A stretch of DNA of 64,000 nucleotides, from positions 8,333 through 72,332 of the IMG/VR virus record IMGVR_UViG_3300050343_000266; one strand, given 5' to 3'. Below are positions 29,604 to 38,561 of this stretch, piece by piece (position 1 is the stretch's first letter; each line of letters begins with the position of its first letter). The DNA is from a virus. Lineage: Duplodnaviria > Caudoviricetes. The notes beneath the pieces were generated by a model. It saw nothing but the letters and a program-made list of their open reading frames with translations, had not been told where the DNA came from and did no database searches. Both the position numbers and the translations under genes were made by a program.

Positions 29604-29835
29604 CTTTTTCATCATCCTTGTTGAATCCAAACGTAAGTTCTTTCTCTTTAGCCGCCCTGTCTGCTCGGTTCTTGTGTCCAAGCTTTGCTACAGACTCCAT
29701 AACCTTGAGACAGTCTTCTGTAGTAGAGCCATCAGGCATACGTGTGTGAACAATGTTAAAGAGCGGAAAGAAGATCTCCGCTGCCTCTGTCATTTCTTCA
29801 GAGTTGAGTGGATCTGATTTCTTAGGAATAGTCAT
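29596..29835 (-). CDS. 79-aa hypothetical protein lying between the two polymerase parts
   Basis: AGGAG SD; overlaps the exonuclease stop and the polymerase start. Confidence 0.65.
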   Translation of the reverse strand: MTIPKKSDPLNSEEMTEAAEIFFPLFNIVHTRMPDGSTTEDCLKVMESVAKLGHKNRADRAAKEKELTFGFNKDDEKDA

Positions 29836-30352
29836 TCATTCTCCTTTGCAATAGTTCGTATAGCTTTACTGTTACTTTTGTATCTTGGATGCAATAGTCA
29901 AGCATCTCAGGAGTGTAAGTAGACCAGTCATTACTGGTGTTCTTAGCAAAGTCTCCTTTGAAGCACTTTAATCTATAGCCCCATGCTTCTAGGCTATGTG
30001 AGCCGTAGAGCCTTTGTGGCATTCCAATAGGTCTTCTTTCAAAATCTCGCTCACTAATGTGAGGATAATACAAGCGAGACAGAGTAAGTGTGTCAAGGTA
30101 AGAACCTCTTGGTGCAAACTCTGGAAACTGTTCTTTAAGAAGTGGTACATCATATCCCAGAATATTGTGGCCAATAAGAACATCAGCTCGCTCAAGGGCT
30201 TTAACCCCTTGAATAACTGCACGTTCTGGTTTGTAGTCAAAGACTTCTGCTTCTTCTACATTAGCGATATCGCGAATCACAATACAGTGAATCGTAGAAC
30301 CGACACGTAGTAAGCCAGTACTTTCAATATCAAATAATAGTTCAGTTGTCAT
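29822..30352 (-). CDS. 3'-5' exonuclease domain of DNA polymerase A (separate ORF)
   Basis: FDIESTGL (ExoI), GHNILGYD (ExoII), HSLEAWGYRL, YCIQD (ExoIII). Confidence 0.92.
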   Translation of the reverse strand: MTTELLFDIESTGLLRVGSTIHCIVIRDIANVEEAEVFDYKPERAVIQGVKALERADVLIGHNILGYDVPLLKEQFPEFAPRGSYLDTLTLSRLYYPHISERDFERRPIGMPQRLYGSHSLEAWGYRLKCFKGDFAKNTSNDWSTYTPEMLDYCIQDTKVTVKLYELLQRRMNDYS

Positions 30353-30872
30353 GGATTGTTTCTACCGCTGGTTTATCTGTGGATGGATCTGGATATAATT
30401 TTTTATCAATTTTTCTGTTGGCATGTTTGTTAACCGAAAGCCTAGGATCCTCATCTTCAAAATGAGGTTCAATAGCAATGTCTAGTTCACGTGCCAGCCG
30501 TGCTGCTCTACGGAATTCATCCTTGTAGTATGGCTCCCAGTCAGACGCAAGTACAACAATCTTTCTAATGCCCATGATGTGCGCCTGAAAAACAGATGCA
30601 GAGAAGGGGTATCGCGTTGAGTAAATAGTTGCACCAGTCATAGGAGTTCCGCGCTTGCATGCACCAGCAATGGCATAACAAACAGGATCTATTTCTACGT
30701 GAGAGTCCGTTAGGAGTGAGCGTCCATCACCCATGATCTCTCGATCACGAACGATGACACACCCACCAGGACATGATGGATGTGTTGAGGCAGCGCCAAC
30801 AGCTTTAGCAATATCAATGAAATGTTGCTCCTTGTTTTTTATATAAGTGGGATCACCTTTGGGTGCTGTCAT
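30342..30872 (-). CDS. dCMP-deaminase-fold protein lacking Zn ligands
   Basis: FIDIAKAVGAAS...GCVIVRD...GATIYSTRYP....GIRKIV scaffold; HAE replaced by DPV and PCxxC by PFSAS. Confidence 0.75.
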   Translation of the reverse strand: MTAPKGDPTYIKNKEQHFIDIAKAVGAASTHPSCPGGCVIVRDREIMGDGRSLLTDSHVEIDPVCYAIAGACKRGTPMTGATIYSTRYPFSASVFQAHIMGIRKIVVLASDWEPYYKDEFRRAARLARELDIAIEPHFEDEDPRLSVNKHANRKIDKKLYPDPSTDKPAVETIHDN

Positions 30873-30930
30873 ATCACATTTAAGAGTCGATACTCTTATA
30901 TTAGGTAGTGAAACATATGATTGCGGATAC

Positions 30931-31251
30931 ATGGATTACATCAAATTTACTAAGGACATGGAAGAATATAATGATTGGAATCGTCTCGATGGTAAGCACT
31001 CGATCAATGATGCGTGGTTAGATTTTGGAACTACCGATCGTGTGCATAGTCCAAGTCATTACACAGCAGGTAAGCAGGAAGTGATTGATGTCATCGAAGA
31101 CACCATCAAGAATGCACCTGATGTAACGCGAGGGATGCTTCAAGGACAAGTAATGAAGTACCTTATGCGCCTATGGCTTAAGGACAATCCGCTTGAAGAT
31201 GCTAAGAAAGCACGTTGGTATCTTGATCGCCTGATTAGCAAGATGAGTTAA
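30931..31251 (+). CDS. DUF3310 (T7 gp1.7-like) protein
   Basis: DRVHSPSHY..G..EVID.I...KYLMR...K...EDAKKARWYL. Confidence 0.85.
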   Translation: MDYIKFTKDMEEYNDWNRLDGKHSINDAWLDFGTTDRVHSPSHYTAGKQEVIDVIEDTIKNAPDVTRGMLQGQVMKYLMRLWLKDNPLEDAKKARWYLDRLISKMS

Positions 31252-31661
31252 CACCTTACAAATTTAAATATTCCGTTCTCACAAGTAAGAGTCTCATGTT
31301 CTTGCTTGTGCTCTAGTAGTTTGTTGATGATATGAGCAGAAGCAATAGAAGTGTGCTTGAACTCAACTGTAATGCCTTGATCAAATCCTGGCAACTCTGG
31401 GTCATACCATTTAACAGGACGTAAATATTCCCATGGGTCTAAGCCCTGAGAAACCCATGCATTCAACTCTTCTAATCGTTGTGCAGTTTTAATGATATGA
31501 GCTTCGTGGGCAATTTCAATAGGCACAGACTTGAATTCGTTATTGCTTAGCAGTGCATGCTTCCACATCAATGAACCATCCTTGTGGATCAAACGACATG
31601 GATGAACACGACTACCAGATGGCATCATATAGAAAGCATCAGGAGATATATGCCTACTCAT
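31248..31661 (-). CDS. hypothetical protein, weakly peptidase-M15-like, Zn ligands absent
   Basis: HIIKTAQRLEELN...LRPVKWYDP...FDQGITVEF versus M15 NI..LA..LE.VR...I.ITSWYRP...SQH..G.AVDF. Confidence 0.45.
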   Translation of the reverse strand: MSRHISPDAFYMMPSGSRVHPCRLIHKDGSLMWKHALLSNNEFKSVPIEIAHEAHIIKTAQRLEELNAWVSQGLDPWEYLRPVKWYDPELPGFDQGITVEFKHTSIASAHIINKLLEHKQEHETLTCENGIFKFVRC

Positions 31662-32332
31662 TACACGTCTCCCCTATGCTCTTCGTAATGTTCTAGGTCT
31701 TTGAACCAGTTATCACCAGCATACTCATTGTATATAATCCTACCGATGTCACGGAAGGTGTTATGGAATAAAGTGACCTTATCAATATCACTAATGGTTG
31801 CATCCAAAGGTGGTCCATAGATTAATACATTCCAGGTTGAAGGGCAAACTGATTCAAAGCCCTTAGAAGTAGCTCGAAGTTGTTTAATGCGACGAAAAGG
31901 AATACAAACAGGATAATCCCATATAACCGGAGTCGCTCTGACGATTTCTGATGCACTAGTAAAAAATACAAAACTGTTTATATGGTTATTGCGATACTCG
32001 TTAATGGTTTTGTTTAACCACACTCGTGTATTACGCACTGCACCCTTAGGTGCTACCCATACATTCCCATGCCAATGTTCCTGGAGTGGGTTGGTCTCCA
32101 ACGATGGAACAGACGTTGCATCTACCAATACCTGCTGAACAGGATCAGATGTTGGGTCATAGTCAATAGAGCCCATGACTTGACGAGCTCTTTCGATTAA
32201 TTGAGGTGTTGGATAAAGAGGTAGTTTTAAACCACTCTCTTTAAGCTTAGCTTGTAAATTCTGCTGCGAGCGCTCGGAAGCCTTCTTGGCTCCCACCTGC
32301 TTCGACTGCAAATGTTCTTGTTCCAGCATCAC
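31661..32332 (-). CDS. phage N6-adenine methyltransferase-fold protein lacking the NPPY motif
   Basis: YPTPQLIERARQVMGSIDYDPTS...NPLQEHWHGNVWVAPKG versus canonical WYTP...ID(L)DPAS...DGL...W.G.VW.NPPY. Confidence 0.7.
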   Translation of the reverse strand: MMLEQEHLQSKQVGAKKASERSQQNLQAKLKESGLKLPLYPTPQLIERARQVMGSIDYDPTSDPVQQVLVDATSVPSLETNPLQEHWHGNVWVAPKGAVRNTRVWLNKTINEYRNNHINSFVFFTSASEIVRATPVIWDYPVCIPFRRIKQLRATSKGFESVCPSTWNVLIYGPPLDATISDIDKVTLFHNTFRDIGRIIYNEYAGDNWFKDLEHYEEHRGDV

Positions 32333-32669
32333 TGATCAAGGTAATTAGTACATTTTTTGACCAGTCATTCTCATCAATTTCTTCCAGCAGTTTACGCAGG
32401 AACTCAACTACATCGGTGTCTTCATTCGCTTCTGCAGCATTAATATCTGCTTCTAGTGAAGTGCCTGACATAAAAGTAGTAGAGTCGTTGCACAGATTAA
32501 TTACCAGTGACCCTGCACCTTCTGCAAGCACTCCATTTGAAGCGATATTAATTAAATCAGTAAGAATCAGTTCAGCAGTAGCAGCAAGAAACTTTTGCTC
32601 TTGCTCCTTCTCCTCTCCGAATTTGTCTGAATGAATTAATTGTTGAAGTAGATCTGTACGTCTAGACAT
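32247..32669 (-). CDS. hypothetical acidic protein
   Basis: 140-aa ORF in the operon. Confidence 0.6.
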   Translation of the reverse strand: MSRRTDLLQQLIHSDKFGEEKEQEQKFLAATAELILTDLINIASNGVLAEGAGSLVINLCNDSTTFMSGTSLEADINAAEANEDTDVVEFLRKLLEEIDENDWSKNVLITLISDAGTRTFAVEAGGSQEGFRALAAEFTS

Positions 32670-32701
32670 AATGTAATGACTCTTTCAATAGGATAAGTTA
32701 A

Positions 32702-33517
32702 TTAAAACTCTGATGTGGGATCTTCATCATTAGTTTCGTGATCTTCTGGTTGTTCAAACAAGCCTGGAGAATCTGGTTTCGTCTGACTGATGTGACGTCC
32801 GTTAAGCATATCTACCATGACAGCTTCAAAACGTTCATCAAACATTGAGTTTGGATTAAGGATAAGATCTTCCCGTTGATCCAGTCCTTCAGACATAGCA
32901 ATCTTCTCCTGCTCTTTCACTGCTTGCTGGATCATATACTCAGCAATTTGTTGCCTTAGTGTATGCAACTCACATGCGAGCTCGAAACTTTCTAGATAGC
33001 TATCGTGGTCTACAAATACCCCAATATTTTGAGGAATAAGATGGAAGGGATTACAACAATACTTGTTCCCACAAGTAGTTTTAACACCAGTGAATCCGAG
33101 ATCACCCCATGTAAACCACATCGCAACACGTTGAGGATGGTGCTGTGTCGATGATGAGATGCCATGCCTTCTCCATGCAAATTGAGGTTGCTTTGTTCGT
33201 TTGTTTATGCATCCGTTCCATTCCCAGCATTCATCTGGATCAGCCATGTCTACTAATGACCAGAACCTAAGAGCTTTTACTCGATTCTTTTTTAGTAACT
33301 TGGAAATATCAAAGGACATTCGCCCTTCACGTGCACCAGCTACGCAGCGAACACAAGCCTGGTGGCTGTCATAGCGCATGCTGTGGGAAGAGAATCTCCC
33401 AAGGGAATGTCCTGAGTAAAGGCAAAGCTCTCCCTCCTCAGCTGTATTAGACATCTGTTTGACGCGCCTGCCATAAGCATGACCGCCAACTTTTTTAGAA
33501 GGTTGAGCCTCAGCCAT
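32702..33517 (-). CDS. HNH (Zn-binding loop type) endonuclease-like protein, catalytic His absent
   Basis: RFWSLVD...ECWEWNG...HPQRVAM..TWG...VKTTCGNKYCCNPFHL versus canonical AHRVAW...V.H.CDN..CVNP.HL. Confidence 0.7.
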   Translation of the reverse strand: MAEAQPSKKVGGHAYGRRVKQMSNTAEEGELCLYSGHSLGRFSSHSMRYDSHQACVRCVAGAREGRMSFDISKLLKKNRVKALRFWSLVDMADPDECWEWNGCINKRTKQPQFAWRRHGISSSTQHHPQRVAMWFTWGDLGFTGVKTTCGNKYCCNPFHLIPQNIGVFVDHDSYLESFELACELHTLRQQIAEYMIQQAVKEQEKIAMSEGLDQREDLILNPNSMFDERFEAVMVDMLNGRHISQTKPDSPGLFEQPEDHETNDEDPTSEF

Positions 33518-33753
33518 TAGAAAGATCCCTCAGGTTTTACATATGTCCCACCATGAGGTGGGTATTGATCTTCAGTGTCAAGTGATTCGAGTTGATTATT
33601 AATCATGTACTCATAACGAGTGGAGTTCTCATATTTAATTCGAACTAGTTTTGAGCTTGGGGTGTAATACTCTGGTTGTCCAACAACCAAAGCATTCATC
33701 CCATTAGTTTGCACACGGACACGCAGCCCAATTTTGATATCGGAAGCAAGCAT
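33517..33753 (-). CDS. small SH3/KOW-like protein
   Basis: IKIGLRVRV...ALVVG...VRIKYE. Confidence 0.5.
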   Translation of the reverse strand: MLASDIKIGLRVRVQTNGMNALVVGQPEYYTPSSKLVRIKYENSTRYEYMINNQLESLDTEDQYPPHGGTYVKPEGSF

Positions 33754-33782
33754 ATTAATACCTTATATATTGTTTAGTTTAA

Positions 33783-36018
33783 TTAGAAGTCGTTCAAGAT
33801 ATGGGATTCATCTAAAGGATCATCTTTTGGACGTTGCCAAATACGTATCGATTTAGATTTACCATTAGCGTCTTTCCTGCTTGTTACCAAACGACGCCAC
33901 CCCATTGACTGAAGTACATCAGCAACACGGCGTCCTTCACGACGTGACTGGTTGCGAGGGTCAAGCTCCAGTGCATGTGTAAGCACATCGGCTGCAGTGA
34001 CCTCCTGCTTGATTGAAACGTAAGCTCCAATCTTGTCTAACCAAGGATCTGGGTCGCCAAATTCTTGGATGTATTCAGAGATCGCAGCAATCTCACCACT
34101 GTTGAATTCATATCCAACGCCGCTACGGTAAGCATGTACCGCCGCTGCCCATAGACTATCTCGTTCTTGCTCTAATTGCTTCCAAGGAATCTGAAATCCT
34201 CCTGCAATTTCTAGTGGAACGAATCGTCTATTGCCAGTACTGTCAACAAGGAATTGATTCCTATTGGTAGTGCCAATCATCACAAAGCGACGTGGCAACT
34301 TCGATGGGAGTGATGCATATGGATAACGAACCTCATCCACTCGACTTGTGATTAGGTTCTTGAAGTTCTCAATGTTCCTGACATTGAAGTAATTATCGAT
34401 CTCAGGTAAGCTCAAGCAACCATGCCATATGCAGGCGGTACTGCTCTTTCATCAGAGTCTCCAAGGGGATGGTGATCTCTGCGAACAGGGCATCAGGTAC
34501 CAAGTTTCTTGCAAACATGGACTTACCTACACCCTGAGCACCCACAAGAATGGGTAGCCAGGACATGGATGCACCTGGGTTGTAGGCACGAGCTACTGCA
34601 CCAATCATCATGCGTTGCATGGCAAGAGTTGCTAGCTGATGCTTGTTACCTAGGAAGACTTCTCCAATACGGTCCCAATCTTTATGCGGGATCGCATGTG
34701 CTGCACAACTATCAAGGTACCGAGTGATCGGGCAGTAACCGTTTTTACCTGCTGCGTACTGAATAGCTGACTTGATACGCGGCTCAGGAATGAAGACCCC
34801 GTACTCACAAGCAAGCTTGGTAGTCATGATGTCTAGGTCATTACCTTCGAGCTGAACAACTTTCCCGTTGGGGTCGTCATACTCAATGGCATTCGTAAGT
34901 CTGTTCTTACGTAGACCAGTCAAGATTGCTTTGACTTTATCTACGTCAGCTTCACGTTCTTTGGCAGCATCATCACTGCTTTTCTTTGGTCGTCCACGTT
35001 TGGCAACCTTTTTGGAATCCGGTAAGGGTTCCGGTTCAAACTGCATAGTTTCTCCTTTTGCTTGTCGTATAACCTCTTCAAAACTGACCAAAGGATCAGT
35101 CTCTGTATAACCAACTGCTCCACCAGATGCACCAAAGCGCACATCACGGGGAAGCTTACTAGTCCAATTAGGATCTTGCTTTTTTGCAAGCGAATACAGT
35201 TTAGTATGCCCAGCATATTTGCCGAGACCTTTCCACTTAAACGCACGAATGTTTTCTTCTTTGTGACCGTGGTGGCCACGAATGACCCAGTCAACCCAGT
35301 CATCAAACAGAACGCCACCTACACCAGCACAAGCTGCCATGACAGGCACGTAGTAAGACTCGTACTCATCGTCGTCAGACGGACGTAGGAACTCTCGAAG
35401 GAGCCACTGACATCGCCTTACGTCAATATCCTCACAGTCTGAATGTACAAACTCTGTAGGTTCGTCGTAATCAATGTCAGTCAGTAGGAATTCAGGTACC
35501 AATGCACCATCATTAAGACGATGACGGGTAGCTGTATTGCCATACCAAAGGCGCTCAGGCTTTTGTCCACAGTTATCTTTGAGATCATCGAGCTGCAGAT
35601 CGGCAAGCAAACGGTTAACGATTAACCAGTAAGCACCACGATGCTGTCTAGAAGATTCAAGATCAATTTCTAATGCAAAGATCGCACGGAATCTGTGCTC
35701 TTCTTCTGTGTGACTTGCAGAAGTATAAGTAGCAAGGCACCACTCTTTAGCAGTTGTGGTTTCCCAAAACTTATCAAGAGTAGTGTCGCCATCAAAGTCA
35801 ATGACAATGATGTTGCTACCAGCTGCATTATCTGCACGCCTGTGTCGATCAATAAAATGAGTGGCGCACCAGCCGTAGCCATGCTCCACCCATCCAAGTA
35901 GCCAGTCAATGCTGACTAATACATTTGACCAACCACGAGCAACCAGTTGTGGGTTGCTTTTATTTTGGCAGTTCTTATTGACTGCTATCTTCAGTATCTT
36001 TTGCACTCTCCATCTCAT
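33783..36018 (-). CDS. primase-helicase (PriCT-2 + VapE/VirE-like ATPase), +1 frameshift at ~34408
   Basis: IVIDFDG, YTSASH, RFRAIF primase motifs; Walker A GAQGVGKS; Walker B split as WLLEL|PEID; GTTNR..FL.D.TGNRRF. Confidence 0.88.
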
Positions 36019-36727
36019 GAAATTGTTGGGCTCTTTTCAAAAACTTTGCTTCGAATCTGTCCAGCTGATCGGTATCTATAAAGATACCTTGAGAGGTTTC
36101 TGGAGTAGAGACAATAATCAAAGCTACATCACATTTATATCCTGTTCGTTCAGCTAACGCGAGGCGGTATGCCGCCATTTGCTGAGCGCACTTTTGATAC
36201 TTCCTAAATCCACCAAAACCTAAGCGGTCTCCTTTCTCAGGAAACACAGCAGAGTAAGGAGCGTTACTGGTTTTAAAGTCAGCAATTATCTTTACCCCAC
36301 CTATCTCTCCGATCAAGTCAGGACAACCAGCGTACAAATGTTCTGTTGACCAGACATATGCAACTTCGCGGTCATCGCTTCTGAGGTGATTCCAGTCAGG
36401 ACGCAAAGGACGTTCCGACCAATGAAGTGTATCAAACCAATCTAGGTATGGTGTGATTCCATTCCAGAAGTCTTGATATTCTTCAGAAACTCCGGGATCT
36501 AATCCACGGAGATAGTTTTCACAACCAAGGTGAATAGCAGAGCCACGAGTTGAGGCTGCTTCTAATGCACCAGGGTTGTTCTTCTGCCAGTTACGTAAGC
36601 CAGCCTTAGCCTTTTCAGTTTCTGTAGCAGACAGGACTGTTGTAACCGAAGGCATATACAGACCTGAACAAAGGTACTTTCTATAACCGCTCGGAGTTTG
36701 TATCCGATACGGCTTATCAGTAGTCAC
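35975..36727 (-). CDS. PD-(D/E)XK exonuclease (Cas4/MGME1-like)
   Basis: PSVTTVL, RGSAIH, YAGCPDLI, IADFKTS, QMAAY. Confidence 0.85.
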   Translation of the reverse strand: MTTDKPYRIQTPSGYRKYLCSGLYMPSVTTVLSATETEKAKAGLRNWQKNNPGALEAASTRGSAIHLGCENYLRGLDPGVSEEYQDFWNGITPYLDWFDTLHWSERPLRPDWNHLRSDDREVAYVWSTEHLYAGCPDLIGEIGGVKIIADFKTSNAPYSAVFPEKGDRLGFGGFRKYQKCAQQMAAYRLALAERTGYKCDVALIIVSTPETSQGIFIDTDQLDRFEAKFLKRAQQFHEMESAKDTEDSSQ

Positions 36728-37094
36728 CCTCTTCTACCTGCTCTTGAAAGTTCTGCGAATACGTTGCGCCTGTATCTGTAACAGTGGTTTGCTCCTGAAA
36801 CATGGCATACAGTTGCCCCACTGCGTTACCTACGGCTTCTGTTACCTGTCCAATTGCTTCAACACGCTGAGTCATAAACGAAACTTCGTTCCTCATATCT
36901 GCAACTTCTTGACGCAATGCAATGGTGTGATCCATCAGGGAAGGCACTTTTGGAAGGGGCCTTGTTGCTAGTGGTCGTTGCGGAGCATCGGGTACAACGG
37001 GTTCAGCAGGAACGGTTGCTTGTGCTCCTGCGATGATCTGTGCAATACGCGCCTGCATTTCAGGTGGCAAGTTATCCATATTTGAATTAGTCAT
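36717..37094 (-). CDS. hypothetical coiled-coil protein
   Basis: 125-aa ORF coupled to neighbours. Confidence 0.6.
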   Translation of the reverse strand: MTNSNMDNLPPEMQARIAQIIAGAQATVPAEPVVPDAPQRPLATRPLPKVPSLMDHTIALRQEVADMRNEVSFMTQRVEAIGQVTEAVGNAVGQLYAMFQEQTTVTDTGATYSQNFQEQVEEGDY

Positions 37095-37831
37095 TAGAAT
37101 TCAGTTTCCTCTTCTACTTTTTTAGTTGCAGTTGTTGTCCCTACATGGGCTCCACGTTTGTCGGTTCCACCAGCAGGAAGACCTTTCTCATCGACTTGTT
37201 TGCCATCGAAAGGATCCTTGCCTTCAAAGAAATTAGGAAGCCAGATGGTGTCCTTCTCTTTGTCCCAAGTTGACTTAATTTTATCTGGCACCTTACGGAC
37301 CTTCGGTAGGATGCTGTATGTAGTTTCCAGACCGGCTCCCTTGCGGCTAATCTTAATTGAAAAATTAGCAAGTCCGTCTTCTGTCCAAGTGTAGTCTTCA
37401 ATTTCTTGAAGAATTTCTGTGAGCTGTTCTCTAAGTGATTTTTGTTCAATGAAAAGTACCTCTAAACGACCGCGAGCTGCACTAGTGCCAACCCAAGCGA
37501 GGAATCGCCGGGGCTTGACATAAGTTCCATCGATTTTTGGTCGATCGGGCTTGGACCAATCGGTCTCTCGTGCGATGTCTTCGGGCTGCCCAGGATGAGT
37601 GCGAGTAACAACGTAGCCGTTGAAACGCAAATCACCAGTCTTAGCATCACGGCATTCGGATGCGTACTGCCAACCCACGATTGCGTGTCCCGTTTCGTAG
37701 CAGCCGAGTAGCCGGAACTCTTCTGACTCGCCATCTTTAAGACTGCTTGGTTTCCAGTAAGGTTGTGGTTCTCTTGTTTCAATTTTATCTTTTGTCTCCA
37801 GCATTTCTGGAGGTAGGACTTGTAGCGCCAT
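37094..37831 (-). CDS. probable ssDNA-binding/annealing protein
   Basis: YWKPSSLKDGES.EFRLLG...IKISRKGAGLETTYSILP; acidic EEETEF tail; next to the exonuclease. Confidence 0.55.
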   Translation of the reverse strand: MALQVLPPEMLETKDKIETREPQPYWKPSSLKDGESEEFRLLGCYETGHAIVGWQYASECRDAKTGDLRFNGYVVTRTHPGQPEDIARETDWSKPDRPKIDGTYVKPRRFLAWVGTSAARGRLEVLFIEQKSLREQLTEILQEIEDYTWTEDGLANFSIKISRKGAGLETTYSILPKVRKVPDKIKSTWDKEKDTIWLPNFFEGKDPFDGKQVDEKGLPAGGTDKRGAHVGTTTATKKVEEETEF

Positions 37832-37884
37832 ATTGATGTTATTTAGACTCTACAAATATAAGTAATACAAAGGATAAATGTGAG

Positions 37885-38505
37885 CTATGAAGCTAATACT
37901 TTGTGCCCATACCAGACAACTAAACTATACCGAGTACCTTCTCTAAGCATATTGACTCGATGCTCACATTTAGAAGGGAAGACTACGAAGTCTCCGTATT
38001 TCATTTTGAATACACGGATATTAGAATCACTGCCATCTTTAATAAATAATTCAGCACCGTCATACATTTCAGAAGAACTTAGGCATACACTGATGCTTAG
38101 CTCTCTAACAAAATCAGTAACGTCATCATCATAATAATCTTGATGCCAGTCATAATGATCGGTGACTTCATCGTAGATAGTAAATTGATATTCCCTAGCT
38201 GAGTCGGAGATATTTAAATTAAAGAATCCTACGTTGATTTCTTGAATTAACTTGTCAATAAGATCAGTAGCCTCTTGAGATTCTGTTAGCCAATGTAATT
38301 TTCCTTTTCTTATCTCTAAGTTGAGATCATCACCAGACTCATCGTCTTCAGAGTCACCAATGTAAGCCTTTGATAGCTCTTCTACTTGACTGACTTCATT
38401 AGCTATTACTTCATCTATAAACTCTGCTGTTTTAAGACATAGCCTTCCACTAACAATGTTGTCTGTAACCAGGTCAATATCAAAGGCTGGATATTCTGTA
38501 AACAT
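37885..38505 (-). CDS. 2OG-Fe(II) oxygenase (PKHD/prolyl-hydroxylase type)
   Basis: YDWHQD, YDGAEL, FPS..EHRV...GTRYSLVVW. Confidence 0.88.
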   Translation of the reverse strand: MFTEYPAFDIDLVTDNIVSGRLCLKTAEFIDEVIANEVSQVEELSKAYIGDSEDDESGDDLNLEIRKGKLHWLTESQEATDLIDKLIQEINVGFFNLNISDSAREYQFTIYDEVTDHYDWHQDYYDDDVTDFVRELSISVCLSSSEMYDGAELFIKDGSDSNIRVFKMKYGDFVVFPSKCEHRVNMLREGTRYSLVVWYGHKVLAS

Positions 38506-38526
38506 AAGCGTCCATTTTTTGGCATT

Positions 38527-38553
38527 AAAAAAGGTCTCGCGTAAGACCTTTTT
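38527..38553. terminator. bidirectional-type terminator
   Basis: AAAAAAGGTCT-CGCGTA-AGACCTTTTT. Confidence 0.7.
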
Positions 38554-38561
38554 GGGTATAT

